IMG/VR virus record: IMGVR_UViG_3300046028_007828
Location: 1-64,000 of that record
Direction: 5' to 3' (one strand)
DNA: 64,000 nucleotides
DNA from: a virus
Shown: piece after piece, positions 29,130 to 40,107 of the stretch
Position numbering within the stretch: position 1 is the first letter of the stretch
Layout of the letters: every line of letters starts with the position of its first letter
Program-made: the position numbers and the translations under genes
The notes under the pieces: generated by a model
What the model saw: only the letters and a program-made list of their open reading frames with translations
Told to the model about the DNA's origin: nothing
Database searches by the model: none

Positions 29130-30044
29130 GTGAACCTACATTCTGAAATCATAGATTTGGCATCAGAGGGATATTTTTATCCAAGTGGGTCGGCATTATC
29201 TAGCGGAAAAGTCAATATTCTTCCAATCACGGCGGAGTATGAGGAATTGCTTGGAAATGCCAATTTAATAAAGCGGGGACTTCTAGACCGAGAGTTTTTG
29301 AATAAAATCGTGGCCGGTGGGATCGACTACGACAGTCTATTGGAATGTGATAAGCATTCTATTCTATTGAACGTTCGAATCGCGAATTACGGAATGCATA
29401 CGAGTGTAAAAACCGGATGTGAAAAGTGCGATGCTGAATTTGACCATGACATATCATTCGGATTCAGGTCTATTCCTTTCAACTTTTCCAACTATACTAG
29501 AGGAGTGAACGAAATTGAATATCTATTTGAAAGATGTGAAAAGAAAATAAAGTTTAGGTTGGGAACGTGTCTTGATAATGATATATACGAAAAGTTAGGT
29601 TGGTTGGCGTTTGCGAAGCATATTACACTGGAAATTGATGGTGTAGATAACATATCGGATTTCTATGACTATGAGTTGTCTGTGTCAGATAGTATATCAT
29701 TTCGAAATTATTATAAAAACAACACTCCGGGATATGTGAATGACATCACAATCACTTGCCCGACATGTCGCATACCAAGAATATCCAAGATGGATATAAA
29801 TGCAAATATATTTGGAATCAGACCAGAGTCCAAGATGACGATGCATTCTGAAATATTTGATTTGTGTTATTATAGTAACGGGGCATTTACTCAGGATGGA
29901 GTATATAAAATGCCAACCAGTTTGCGAAGTTTTTATATGAAAAAATTGGTGGATGCCAAAAAAGCAGAATCGGATGCGCAAAAATCCACAAACGACGGAG
30001 ACACAAGCAACAAGATTGCTCGACCTCCCACCATCAAAAGTTAA
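29130..30044 (+). CDS. gp26-like paralogue with C-terminal extension
   Basis: IDLASEGYFYP, ITAEYEELL, CEKC, DS..FR.Y....TPG, CPTC, then extension HSEIFDL...F....VY.MP..LR.FY. Confidence 0.7.
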   Translation: MNLHSEIIDLASEGYFYPSGSALSSGKVNILPITAEYEELLGNANLIKRGLLDREFLNKIVAGGIDYDSLLECDKHSILLNVRIANYGMHTSVKTGCEKCDAEFDHDISFGFRSIPFNFSNYTRGVNEIEYLFERCEKKIKFRLGTCLDNDIYEKLGWLAFAKHITLEIDGVDNISDFYDYELSVSDSISFRNYYKNNTPGYVNDITITCPTCRIPRISKMDINANIFGIRPESKMTMHSEIFDLCYYSNGAFTQDGVYKMPTSLRSFYMKKLVDAKKAESDAQKSTNDGDTSNKIARPPTIKS

Positions 30045-30078
30045 TGTGCTATAATATTTATAATATAACACATAGACA

Positions 30079-33000
30079 ATGGCAAAAGACCTAATAGACC
30101 CAAAAGATTTAGAATCAGCAATCGCCAAGCTTTCTTTGCGTGGAAACAAGGAAATGTTGGAGATGGAGAGCATTGCCAAGAACATTGCCAAACAATTTGA
30201 AAGAATAAACAAAAATTTAAATTCTGGTATCGGTAGTATGAAAGAAATGAGGAATTTCTCCAAGGAAATACTCAAAGATACAAAAGCGAGGACTTTGCTT
30301 TTGAATGAGATGGAGCAAAGAACGGACTCCGCCGAGTCTAACTTAATAGCGGCAAAATTGAAAAGAATTCAATTACAAAGTAACGAGATTGGTGGTGAGA
30401 AAATTTTAAGTCAGCTAGAACAAGATATTTATACACATAAGCTGAATCAGTTGGCGGTAGAAAACAAGATGTCGGAAATAACGAAAAACCAACAAGATAG
30501 AGTTGCATTGTCAGAAGATTCTTATTTCGCGGAAAAGAAAAAACTTGCATTAGCTGAAAAACTTAAAGACGTTCAAGAAAAAATAACTCGGGCAAGTAGT
30601 GCCGGTGAAGATTATTGGGGACAAACTGGTAGACTGATGGTACAACAAGTATCCATGTTACGAGAAATAGCACAGACTGATAGTGAAATAGCCGAAATAA
30701 ATGAGGGGATATCGCGGAATTCGAGAGAGAGTAATAGCTTAACTGCGGGGCTACTGCAATTGAACGAAGATAATATAAAACTCGCCATCGAGGGAGAAAA
30801 TATCGCCAGAAGGCAACTGGAATATCAGAAAGATATGTCCAAGCAAATTAAATTATCTTCCGGATATATCGCACACTTAAAAGATTCATCAAAGGACATT
30901 CTTGCGATTTTCGGTGGAATATCTGGTAAGATGCAAACTTTTGTATCCTCTCTGAAAACTGTACCAAAAAGGTTCTTGCTGATAAATTTGCTAATAGAAG
31001 AAGGATTGCGTCGATTTGTGTTGTTGGACCAGACAGCAGAAAGTTTCAGACGTGAGACTGGGTACACGGCAGACCAGATGGCAAACGTTAGAAAAAATGT
31101 AGAGAGCTTGAACGTGGAATTCGCTGATATGGGAGTCACCATAGAGGCAGCATACAAGTCGGCCAAGGCGTTAACGGATGTTTTTGGTAGAACCTCGCTC
31201 GTGACAAAGGAAGCAATGCAAAATATCGCATTGATGAAAGCCAACCTAAACGTTTCTGAGGAAGATTCAGCCAGTGTGTTGGCAACATTTCAGGGATTGG
31301 GTGGAGTAAGCCAGACAGTGGCAATGAACATAATGAAGGTTGGGGCAAGCTTCTCTGGCAAAATCGGGGTTCCTTTTCAATTGGTGATGCACGATATAGC
31401 AAATGTGTCGGAAGAAACTCTGGCATTGCTGGGAGCAAATCCAAATGTATTGATGAAGTCGGCTATATCAGCAAGAATGTTTGGTACCGATTTGAACAAG
31501 CTGGCGGCAACTCAAAAAAGGCTACTCGACTACAGTTCTAGTATAACTGACGAAATGGAAGCGGGTGCATTGTTGGGAAGAGATATAAGTTTCCAAAAAG
31601 CAAGACAGTATGCATATGAAGGAAATATAGCAAAATCCACAGAAGCCATTTTGGAGACCGTAAAATCCATCGGAGATTTTAATGCGCTCGATGTTTATCA
31701 AAGACAATCTCTAGCTAAAGCATCCGGAATGGAATTGAAAGACTTGAGTAAGATGATGGCAATCGAGTCTCAGCGCGAAAAAATTAGATTTAGTGGCACA
31801 AAAGAAGAGCGAGAAAAATTGGCAGACCAAGAAAAGGCACTAAAAACATTGGAAGCCCAGAACGATTTGTCCAATGCTGGATTATTGATAGAAGGCGAGC
31901 GAGCAATACGCCAACAACAGATGCAAGGGTTGTTAACCCGGATGACTGATATGCTTCAAGCCGTTTTGGTGTCTATTGGAGACATATTAGAGCCTATTAT
32001 AACTCCAATAGTTAGTATTTTATTGCCTGTGTTGCGTGGAGTTGCGTGGATTATTAAAGGAATTGCGTTCGCATTTAAAGTGTTGGTATTTCCGATTAAT
32101 TTGGCAGTCGATGCAATTAAATCGTTTGGTGAATATTTCCAATGGGTTGGTGAGGGTATTGAGTCGGTTAGTAAAATATTTAAAGATACATTTGGCGGTG
32201 CTGAAAATTGGATTAAAGGCATAGCCGGAAGCGCCGGATTGATTGCATTATTATTCTTTGGAAGCAGTGGTATATCCGGAATGTTGGGAAAATTGAAGGG
32301 TGGAATTGGATCGGCATTTAAATTTATGTCGTCGCCAATCAAATCTATAAAATCCATGTTCGAAAAGAGAGATTTTATCGAACCGATGCAACCAAAAGCG
32401 GCGGGCGTTATACCTGACGTGAAACCAGACGCCAAAGTCGGAAAGGCTGCACAGAGCGGAGCGCGGGCGATGCAATTTTTGACCAACATCGGAAAGGGCA
32501 TAGCAAATCTTGGTAAAGGAATTGGCAATGCTATATCTGGGCTAGTCGGCGGAATATCAAAAAGTATTACATTGATATTTAAAGGTATCGCGCAAGGTGT
32601 TGAGAGACTTGCTACACGTAAAGTATTCATGGGCGCATTGGCGATTGCCGCGCTCGGAGTTTCTATCCTGCCGTTGGTGTACGCGCTAAAACAATTTACT
32701 GACATTGATTGGGCTTCCGTAGCAAAGGGCGGAGCAGCACTTGGTGCGCTAGCTATATCAGCCGGTATAATGGGAGTGTTCGTTAAGCCGATATTGTTGG
32801 GAGCCCTCGCAATTGCGGCATTGGGAGTTGCGTTGATTCCATTCGGAGTTGCGGCGATGTCTGCGGGAAAGGGCGTTCAATATTTTGCACGGGGAATTAA
32901 GTCCGCCATCGGACCAATAGAAAAATTGAAAAATGTAAATTTGATTAGCACCGCGGTTGGGATTGGTGCACTCGGTGTCGCATTTACCGCGTTCGGTTAC

Positions 33001-33441
33001 GGTAGCGCGGCAGCGGGGCTTGGGTCTTTCGTTGGCACTTTTCTTGGCGGAGATCCAATTTCAAAGATGGAACGCCTAGCATCAATCGGAGATAAACTGC
33101 AACCGGTTGCAAATTCTATTAAAGATATAGGAATCGCCGTCGGTTCGTTCTCGTCCGTGAATTCTTTCTCGGATGCAATTGTAAAACTGGCAGATTCTAT
33201 TGGAAAATTGAATGACCAACTGAAATCCGTAAATACCGAAAATTTAAATAAACTTTCTGCGATATCGAGCGCGACTGGTGCAACAACAACAAAGGAAACA
33301 AAACAGACTGGTGCAGTTACATTTGACACATCCGCACTTGAGGCCAAATTTGATACATTAATTGGCATGATGGTGGATGGTAAAATTGTGGCATCGGTAG
33401 ACCTAGACAAGCTATCGAGTAGAAGTGCAAGAAGGTCGTAA
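30079..33441 (+). CDS. Tape measure protein
   Basis: 1120 aa; helical/coiled-coil N-terminus, Ala/Gly/hydrophobic repeats; position between assembly and baseplate genes. Confidence 0.8.
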   Translation: MAKDLIDPKDLESAIAKLSLRGNKEMLEMESIAKNIAKQFERINKNLNSGIGSMKEMRNFSKEILKDTKARTLLLNEMEQRTDSAESNLIAAKLKRIQLQSNEIGGEKILSQLEQDIYTHKLNQLAVENKMSEITKNQQDRVALSEDSYFAEKKKLALAEKLKDVQEKITRASSAGEDYWGQTGRLMVQQVSMLREIAQTDSEIAEINEGISRNSRESNSLTAGLLQLNEDNIKLAIEGENIARRQLEYQKDMSKQIKLSSGYIAHLKDSSKDILAIFGGISGKMQTFVSSLKTVPKRFLLINLLIEEGLRRFVLLDQTAESFRRETGYTADQMANVRKNVESLNVEFADMGVTIEAAYKSAKALTDVFGRTSLVTKEAMQNIALMKANLNVSEEDSASVLATFQGLGGVSQTVAMNIMKVGASFSGKIGVPFQLVMHDIANVSEETLALLGANPNVLMKSAISARMFGTDLNKLAATQKRLLDYSSSITDEMEAGALLGRDISFQKARQYAYEGNIAKSTEAILETVKSIGDFNALDVYQRQSLAKASGMELKDLSKMMAIESQREKIRFSGTKEEREKLADQEKALKTLEAQNDLSNAGLLIEGERAIRQQQMQGLLTRMTDMLQAVLVSIGDILEPIITPIVSILLPVLRGVAWIIKGIAFAFKVLVFPINLAVDAIKSFGEYFQWVGEGIESVSKIFKDTFGGAENWIKGIAGSAGLIALLFFGSSGISGMLGKLKGGIGSAFKFMSSPIKSIKSMFEKRDFIEPMQPKAAGVIPDVKPDAKVGKAAQSGARAMQFLTNIGKGIANLGKGIGNAISGLVGGISKSITLIFKGIAQGVERLATRKVFMGALAIAALGVSILPLVYALKQFTDIDWASVAKGGAALGALAISAGIMGVFVKPILLGALAIAALGVALIPFGVAAMSAGKGVQYFARGIKSAIGPIEKLKNVNLISTAVGIGALGVAFTAFGYGSAAAGLGSFVGTFLGGDPISKMERLASIGDKLQPVANSIKDIGIAVGSFSSVNSFSDAIVKLADSIGKLNDQLKSVNTENLNKLSAISSATGATTTKETKQTGAVTFDTSALEAKFDTLIGMMVDGKIVASVDLDKLSSRSARRS

Positions 33442-33459
33442 CGGTAATATTTATAGTAT

Positions 33460-35553
33460 ATGTTAACAGATTTTACGCCACCAAACAATTTGAGCCCGAT
33501 TGTCAGAAGTACTTCTGATAAACGACTTGCTGCGTTTTCGGCAAAATCCAACGAAATATATAATAAGTACTCTCCGTATGATGGGTCCAGCAACGGAATA
33601 GGATTCAGTCAGCCGTTTGTATATACAAAACTTACCGATTCAAATACAATAAAGAATCTTACAAAGTATGACAGTCAAGCATTTCCAATTGGTTCTACCG
33701 TTCGAGATTTGCAACGAGTTGGAAAGTTTGCGGCGAGTGGAAATGGAATTTTATATATTGGCACTCAGTATTTGTTGCAAAATACAAATGCATTCAATGA
33801 AACTCGGATATATAATCCAATCAGCCTAATTAAAGCAACAGCCAAACCGGGCTCGTTGGGGTTGATAGATTATCCAATACGCCATCTTGAGACGAGCGGT
33901 GGAATATTGAATTTTTTCTTAGACTCATTGAAGAGTACAATTGGTATGGAGACCAGCGGAGGAAAACAGGCGACGATTGACGGAACTGCAACTGGAAAGA
34001 ATGGCGTGCTTCCTTATTCCAAATACGCAGGAGAATTGGGAGGCGCGAAATATGGAATGATAAGATTTGATACTGGGGCCAATGCCAGCAGTAAATTTTC
34101 TAGTTTGTGGGTGTCCGGTGCATCCAAGGGTGGCGGCGGGGGATTCTTGGAAAATATGGGCAAAGCACTTATTGGTAGATTGACCCGATTGATTCCAAGT
34201 ACAAATCCATACCGATTTGGAAGTGATACATTAAAATGGGAGTATAGACCAGAATATCCAACTGGTCAGGCCGGCGCATACTACGCATTTCTTGACGACA
34301 AGTCGGGATTCTTGACCACTCCCCATCGTGCCAGTGCTATATTCTACAATGATAAAATTTCGGGGGCTGGTACCGCAAAAACCACCGGAGTCGACACCGT
34401 AAAAAATTTCCATCGTTATTATCCCGGAAGGAAAGACCCGGAAGATACATCGATGATATATGCATCGACTCCAAAAATAACAAACGACGCAGTTGGAGAT
34501 ACAACGTCGGAGATAACTGGCAACGTTGTTACTATACAAATAAATAATTTAAAAAAGTTGCACGAGAATATGGAGAAGACCATAGATTCGTATAAAAATG
34601 AAGCCCCGCAATTTAGGAAATCGGCGGAAAGATATACCGAAGTGAAAGATGCCAACGGTGTATCATATCCAACTTATATGCAAATTCCGGGCAAAGGAAG
34701 TTCCCGAGGTACATACACGGATATGTTCGGGGCGAGTGCTACAATTGAAGAGGCAAACTGGTTTGCAAAATCCAGAGGATTAAAAAAAGAACCGGGCGGT
34801 TATACTCCAGAATTTTCCATATACAATACTTATGAGGATAGTGAAGATAGGTATAATGCGCTAGGAGTATTGAGCGGTTCTCGGGAAGAAGAACCACGAG
34901 AACTAACACAGGGCAGGTTTGGAACCAATAAAGCCAAGTCTAGGGATATTATATTCTTCTATTTTTATGATTTAATAAATCAAATTTATATTCCATTCAG
35001 AGCAACTGTGTCGAGTGTAAACGAACAAAATTCTGCGGAATGGGAAGACATTAATTACATGGGTCGCGCTGACAAATTGTACCTATATAAAGGGTTCTCT
35101 CGCGAAACGGCGTTTTCTTTTACGGTATACGCCAACAGCTTACAAGAACTTGTTCCTATGTGGAAAAGAATTAATTACTTGGTCGGACTGACTAGGCCGA
35201 GCAAATATACCGAACCTGCAATAAACACGGGAGATTTGAGTGAAAATACAACTGGCAATGAAGGTAGATTCATTTATCCTCCGATGGTAACATTGCGGCT
35301 TGGTGATATGTATTACGACCAACCGTGTGTGATATTTTCGGTTAGCATAAACATACCCGACGACGCAAATTGGGAAACATATCGCGGGGAAGATTATTCA
35401 TACAGTGCAAGCCCAACCAAAAGAATAACTATAAAAGGCGAAGCATCGAGACAACTTCCAATGAAAGTCGACATCTCAGTTTCCATGAAACTTCTAGAAA
35501 AGCAAAAATCGTTGGTCACCAACGAACATTTCGGGTTTAATTCTCCACTATAA
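33460..35553 (+). CDS. Baseplate/tail-tube-initiator-like structural protein
   Basis: C-terminal IPFRATV....E...AEW....YMGRAD..Y.YKGFSR...FSF...PPMV.LRLGD.Y...P. Confidence 0.65.
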   Translation: MLTDFTPPNNLSPIVRSTSDKRLAAFSAKSNEIYNKYSPYDGSSNGIGFSQPFVYTKLTDSNTIKNLTKYDSQAFPIGSTVRDLQRVGKFAASGNGILYIGTQYLLQNTNAFNETRIYNPISLIKATAKPGSLGLIDYPIRHLETSGGILNFFLDSLKSTIGMETSGGKQATIDGTATGKNGVLPYSKYAGELGGAKYGMIRFDTGANASSKFSSLWVSGASKGGGGGFLENMGKALIGRLTRLIPSTNPYRFGSDTLKWEYRPEYPTGQAGAYYAFLDDKSGFLTTPHRASAIFYNDKISGAGTAKTTGVDTVKNFHRYYPGRKDPEDTSMIYASTPKITNDAVGDTTSEITGNVVTIQINNLKKLHENMEKTIDSYKNEAPQFRKSAERYTEVKDANGVSYPTYMQIPGKGSSRGTYTDMFGASATIEEANWFAKSRGLKKEPGGYTPEFSIYNTYEDSEDRYNALGVLSGSREEEPRELTQGRFGTNKAKSRDIIFFYFYDLINQIYIPFRATVSSVNEQNSAEWEDINYMGRADKLYLYKGFSRETAFSFTVYANSLQELVPMWKRINYLVGLTRPSKYTEPAINTGDLSENTTGNEGRFIYPPMVTLRLGDMYYDQPCVIFSVSINIPDDANWETYRGEDYSYSASPTKRITIKGEASRQLPMKVDISVSMKLLEKQKSLVTNEHFGFNSPL

Positions 35554-35555
35554 AA

Positions 35556-35858
35556 ATGAATAGATATAATCCAAATGGTAGAAATGTATTTGCTCGCTAT
35601 GATGGTAAGAGGGTATATAGTACAACGAGATATCCAAAAATTCCAATTGGAGCCAATGACATATACATTTACGCAACCGACACAGATTTCTTGGACAGCC
35701 TCGCGTTTAAATTTTACAACGATGTTACACTTTGGTGGGTAATTGCACAGGCCAATGGTATAAAAGCTACACTAAAGGCTCCAACCGGAGAGCAAATAAG
35801 AATACCAAAAAATATAGACTTAATTGTTAGCAATTTCAAGCGCGAAAATGGAATATAA
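35556..35858 (+). CDS. LysM-like/gp53-like baseplate wedge protein
   Basis: D.LDSLAFKFYND.TLWWVIAQAN...G.QIRIP. Confidence 0.75.
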   Translation: MNRYNPNGRNVFARYDGKRVYSTTRYPKIPIGANDIYIYATDTDFLDSLAFKFYNDVTLWWVIAQANGIKATLKAPTGEQIRIPKNIDLIVSNFKRENGI

Positions 35859-35872
35859 TTGTTATAAAAATT

Positions 35873-38299
35873 ATGGCCGACACTAAAATATTTCCATGGG
35901 GGCTGCACCCATTAGACGAATGGATTAAAACTGAACTGAATAACAGAGCGGGTGAATATGATTTCAATCCAAACTTAACCGACGGTAAGCCATACAGTGG
36001 ACCAAGAACTGCGTGGACTAGAGTATTTTCCAATGGAATAAGTGGCGCGGCACCGAATCTAGAGGGATTTGTAATGGGCGGAACAAATGGATTCGACGCT
36101 AGCTATGGATTTAAAAACCGCCGCATAACTATAGGCGTGGACGCGGTTGGCAATCCACACGAAATTTTGGCGGTCGGCGGGGTAGGAGAATATACTGGCA
36201 ATGATTTTCCGCATAGACCACCCCCAAGTATAGTTTCGGTAGAGACCGAGTTTTCCGGCGGAACAAACAGTAGTTTCAATGCGCTGTGTAGAACAACTAA
36301 AATAACATGGAAATGTTACTCGTTAGAGCAATTGGAGTATTTGACTCCGTACTTTCTGACCCCGAACATAACTTTATTGGTCGAATGGGGATGGAATAAT
36401 TATAGTAATGAATCTTTGGTAGATTTGCAAGATATTGATTGGTTGTATAAAATATATAGTGGAGACCCTGACTACACTTATAAATGGATTAAACAATCCA
36501 AGGGAAATTACGATTTGGCTATGGGGCTTATAAATGACTATGGATATACTCTTGACGCAGCCGGTGGATATAATTGTTTCACCAGCATAACAAATGCAAA
36601 CCGATTCATCAGTGGACAATCATACCACGGAAAAAATTCGGCGGCGACCAACCCTACCAATAGCAGCGGCTCCATAAAGTTGAAAGACTTTGTGGAATTT
36701 GTGTATGAAGACATAGATAATTTGGGCATAAAGAATAAGAAGACCGCCGTGCCCGAATTTTCTGTTGTTAATATGGGCGGGATTGGTGGAGTAACCACGG
36801 CCAGACAAATTCGCGACGTTTCCAATGATATCAAAGTATCTACCCGTGGAAGAATATTTAAAAGCGGAGACGCCGGATGGTTTGATTCCGCCAACGCCGA
36901 TTCTAAAGTGTGGTTTAGAATGGATTTAATCGTTGATATAATAAATCGGTTTTTTGAAATACAATTTCTTGACCCAGACGATAAGGATACCAATGTCAAG
37001 GGAAACTCTCTCGATATTTCCGGAGTGGTAATGTGTGCACACCCGGCATTAAAATCCACCAGTAAAAACATATTGATACCAAACCAAATTGCGCCAAGAT
37101 TTGTTACCGAGGAATCCGCCAGAAAGATCGCGATTTCCCCGATTAATATGGGAGGAATTGGTGGCGTGGGGACAATTCGAGAAGTACAGGGACCGAGAGA
37201 CGCGGCAACACTGAGGAGTATACAGTCTATCGGGGGAACTGGCACACAAGGAGGGAAGCCAGAAGGCGCTTACTATACGCTGTTTCCAACAATAAAGGCT
37301 TTCATAGAGGAGAATAAATTCGATGACACTTATGATAATTTACATGAGATAATTAATCCGGAGGGTAGGTCATTTCCGGTATATTCCGATTATGTCCCAA
37401 ATATCGGACCGGGCAAAGTTGACGCTGGATATTGGGGGTATTTGGAAGATATTTATGTATCCGTCGAATTATTTAAATCGCTCGTCTCGAAGAATGACAA
37501 TGTTCGAACTCTCATAGAAGATTTGTTGCAGCACATTTCAAATTCGGTGTGCGATATATCACAATTGAAATTAATCCCACATACCGTAGATAATACTAAG
37601 TACTCCGTAATCGATGTAAATTTTACTTCTATAACTACGAAAGAATTGGCGGAGACTTTACAAAGAATTTCAGTTGGCGCAGTAAGTTCAGCATATATGA
37701 AATCCGCAAATTTGGAAATAAAAATGGCTCCTGAAATGTCAAATCAAATGATAATGCAGAGCAGCAGCGGCAAAAAAACTCTACCCACCGGATATGGTAC
37801 TGCCAACTATGACCCAAAGAATATAGTGTATAGTAAATTATCACGCGGCGATAGAATGTTCGACCGAGCAGTATACACCAAAATCACTCCGGCAAACAGC
37901 GAACAAAATAACCCAAATTCAACACAATCAAAATATAAGAGACTATTGGCAGATAATAGCAATTTTTATACTTACACGACGGGCAAGGGAGATGCTGTTA
38001 AGCAATATATACTGTGCGAATTAGATTCAACATTCATGAAATCCATACTGTTGGATATTAAAAACAAAAAATCCATATATACCAACAACAGTCCTATGCC
38101 GGGGACTACGTTTAAAATGGAACTACTGGGAATTGGTGGAGTGCGGTATCTGGCCCAATTCACGTTGGACCACGTGCCAAGTTCATATGGATATGACCGG
38201 GCAGTATGGCAAGTTTCCAATGTATCCCAAAGAATAGAAAACAAGATATGGATTACGGAAATTTCGGCACAAGCCAGACCGTTGACAATTTTTAAATAA
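35873..38299 (+). CDS. Large baseplate/virion structural protein
   Basis: RPPPSI.S, W.C.S.EQL.....YFL.P...LLVEWGW; C-terminal LGIGG.....F....P..Y.....QV..V.Q......W.T.I. Confidence 0.6.
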   Translation: MADTKIFPWGLHPLDEWIKTELNNRAGEYDFNPNLTDGKPYSGPRTAWTRVFSNGISGAAPNLEGFVMGGTNGFDASYGFKNRRITIGVDAVGNPHEILAVGGVGEYTGNDFPHRPPPSIVSVETEFSGGTNSSFNALCRTTKITWKCYSLEQLEYLTPYFLTPNITLLVEWGWNNYSNESLVDLQDIDWLYKIYSGDPDYTYKWIKQSKGNYDLAMGLINDYGYTLDAAGGYNCFTSITNANRFISGQSYHGKNSAATNPTNSSGSIKLKDFVEFVYEDIDNLGIKNKKTAVPEFSVVNMGGIGGVTTARQIRDVSNDIKVSTRGRIFKSGDAGWFDSANADSKVWFRMDLIVDIINRFFEIQFLDPDDKDTNVKGNSLDISGVVMCAHPALKSTSKNILIPNQIAPRFVTEESARKIAISPINMGGIGGVGTIREVQGPRDAATLRSIQSIGGTGTQGGKPEGAYYTLFPTIKAFIEENKFDDTYDNLHEIINPEGRSFPVYSDYVPNIGPGKVDAGYWGYLEDIYVSVELFKSLVSKNDNVRTLIEDLLQHISNSVCDISQLKLIPHTVDNTKYSVIDVNFTSITTKELAETLQRISVGAVSSAYMKSANLEIKMAPEMSNQMIMQSSSGKKTLPTGYGTANYDPKNIVYSKLSRGDRMFDRAVYTKITPANSEQNNPNSTQSKYKRLLADNSNFYTYTTGKGDAVKQYILCELDSTFMKSILLDIKNKKSIYTNNSPMPGTTFKMELLGIGGVRYLAQFTLDHVPSSYGYDRAVWQVSNVSQRIENKIWITEISAQARPLTIFK

Positions 38300-38688
38300 T
38301 GAAATACAATGATGCTATAGCTGCGGAATATGGAGGAAGCTCCGGGAAATTGACTGGCATATCCCCCTCGACAAATAAACCACATCCAAAGGATAGTGAT
38401 TATAATAATGGATATTTCACGCGGGTTTTTATAAAAAAAGTTAACGAGAATATATTGATGGAAATTCGCCCCGAAGACGCAAAAAGCATCAATACAATAT
38501 TGTACAAAATTGTGTATTTGAATTGGAGAATTACGGGAATTAAAGATACGATCAGGTCTAGCTCCATGGTTAATATTATAGGAGTATCGCAACAAAATTT
38601 ATTCGAGATTGACCGAATAAAAAAAGAACAAGAACTTGACTTGTCTAGGTTATTGCAGAATCCGTTGGAATATTGGCGCGGATACTAA
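38299..38688 (+). CDS. Conserved hypothetical phage protein
   Basis: P...DY..GYFTR.F.KK.N, L.W.ITG, L.NPLEY. Confidence 0.6.
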   Translation: MKYNDAIAAEYGGSSGKLTGISPSTNKPHPKDSDYNNGYFTRVFIKKVNENILMEIRPEDAKSINTILYKIVYLNWRITGIKDTIRSSSMVNIIGVSQQNLFEIDRIKKEQELDLSRLLQNPLEYWRGY

Positions 38689-38728
38689 TTTGGTTGACAG
38701 ATCGAGTCTATTGGTTAGTGTTGGTTAA

Positions 38729-40096
38729 GTGACTATTGTAGAAAGTACATTTGATTTATCCTTGCTAACAGCCAACATAAGTACCGACCAATTGGTATTG
38801 GACGTAGTGTGTGTAGATGGGCAGAAGCATTATCTGAATAATCGTGCAAGTTTGTTGTTTTTCTATTTTCTGTCATCGGACACGGAGTGGTGTGTTCCAA
38901 TAGAGCACAACGAGTCTTCTCCTTTGCCGGGGATATTCGATATCATTCGCCGAGCACTTTCCACATCAATCCAAAGGAAATATACGTTCGACAAAAAAAG
39001 CGTAACGCAACTGTTTGGAGAAGATTGCGGTCTACTAGATATACGACTATTGAGATATCTTAGCACCGGGACCGAAGATGATGACGATGCTACGACTAAT
39101 TCTCACCGTTTCATAAATTCAATATTTCGGAATTTACCTGATACAAATAAGTGTATTCCGTTATTCAAACACGCACGTCTTTTTTCTGACAAAGTTAAAC
39201 GAGCCCTTCCATTGAATATTTCTATGGTAGACGAACCGGGACTCATGTTCGTCAATAATAAAATGACCAACTGTTTTGCTAGGTTGGAGTCCAATGGATT
39301 GTATGTTACCGACGATTTCGTGGACGAATTTGGAAACGAGCAAGAAAAACATATAAAAAATGGAATAATATATTCTCAATATAATTTGTTGACATCGACC
39401 GGAAGACCAAGCAACCGGTTTGGTGGAATCAATTATGCGGCACTAAATAAATCCGATAACAGCCGAGAATGTTTCGTATCCAGATATGGAAATGAGGGCA
39501 CATTAATAATGATGGATTATAGCGCATTCCATCCAAGATTGATTGCGCACCTTGTCAATTTCCCGATGGATGTTTCGGTGAATCCCTACGAATACTTGGC
39601 GAGGTATTATTTCAACAAAGAGGAAATCAACGAAGAAGATATTGCAGTAGCCAAAGGATTTACATTCACCCAGATATATGGTGGACTAAGTGAAAAATTT
39701 CTGCACATCCCGCTATTTGCAAAAATTCAAGAATATATAAACCACCGCTGGAAATTTTTCGAGGAGAATGGGTATATAGAAACCCCAAAGTACCGACGCG
39801 AGATTAGGGCGTGCCATATTGAAGACGCAACTCCCAATAAGTTATTCAACTATATATTACAAGCATTCGAGACGGAAATGGCAGTAGATGTTCTGGGAGA
39901 ATTATTGGATAATTTAGAATCAAAAAAGACCAAGGCGATATTATATACATACGACAGCATTTTGTTCGATGTCCACAAGGAAGATAAAATAGACACAATA
40001 CGTAAAATTAAGAATATTATGGAACAAGAAAAATTTCCGGTTAAGGTCTATGTTGGAAAATCTTACAAGGATATGCAGCATATCAAAATTTCTTGA
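38729..40096 (+). CDS. Compact family A DNA polymerase-like protein
   Basis: TSTGRPSN; motif A MDYSAFHPRL; motif B AKGFTFTQIYG; NY.LQA.ETE; motif C YTYDSILFD. Upstream TTGACA-N16-TAGTGT. Confidence 0.8.
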   Translation: MTIVESTFDLSLLTANISTDQLVLDVVCVDGQKHYLNNRASLLFFYFLSSDTEWCVPIEHNESSPLPGIFDIIRRALSTSIQRKYTFDKKSVTQLFGEDCGLLDIRLLRYLSTGTEDDDDATTNSHRFINSIFRNLPDTNKCIPLFKHARLFSDKVKRALPLNISMVDEPGLMFVNNKMTNCFARLESNGLYVTDDFVDEFGNEQEKHIKNGIIYSQYNLLTSTGRPSNRFGGINYAALNKSDNSRECFVSRYGNEGTLIMMDYSAFHPRLIAHLVNFPMDVSVNPYEYLARYYFNKEEINEEDIAVAKGFTFTQIYGGLSEKFLHIPLFAKIQEYINHRWKFFEENGYIETPKYRREIRACHIEDATPNKLFNYILQAFETEMAVDVLGELLDNLESKKTKAILYTYDSILFDVHKEDKIDTIRKIKNIMEQEKFPVKVYVGKSYKDMQHIKIS

Positions 40097-40107
40097 TATT
40101 TAATAAT

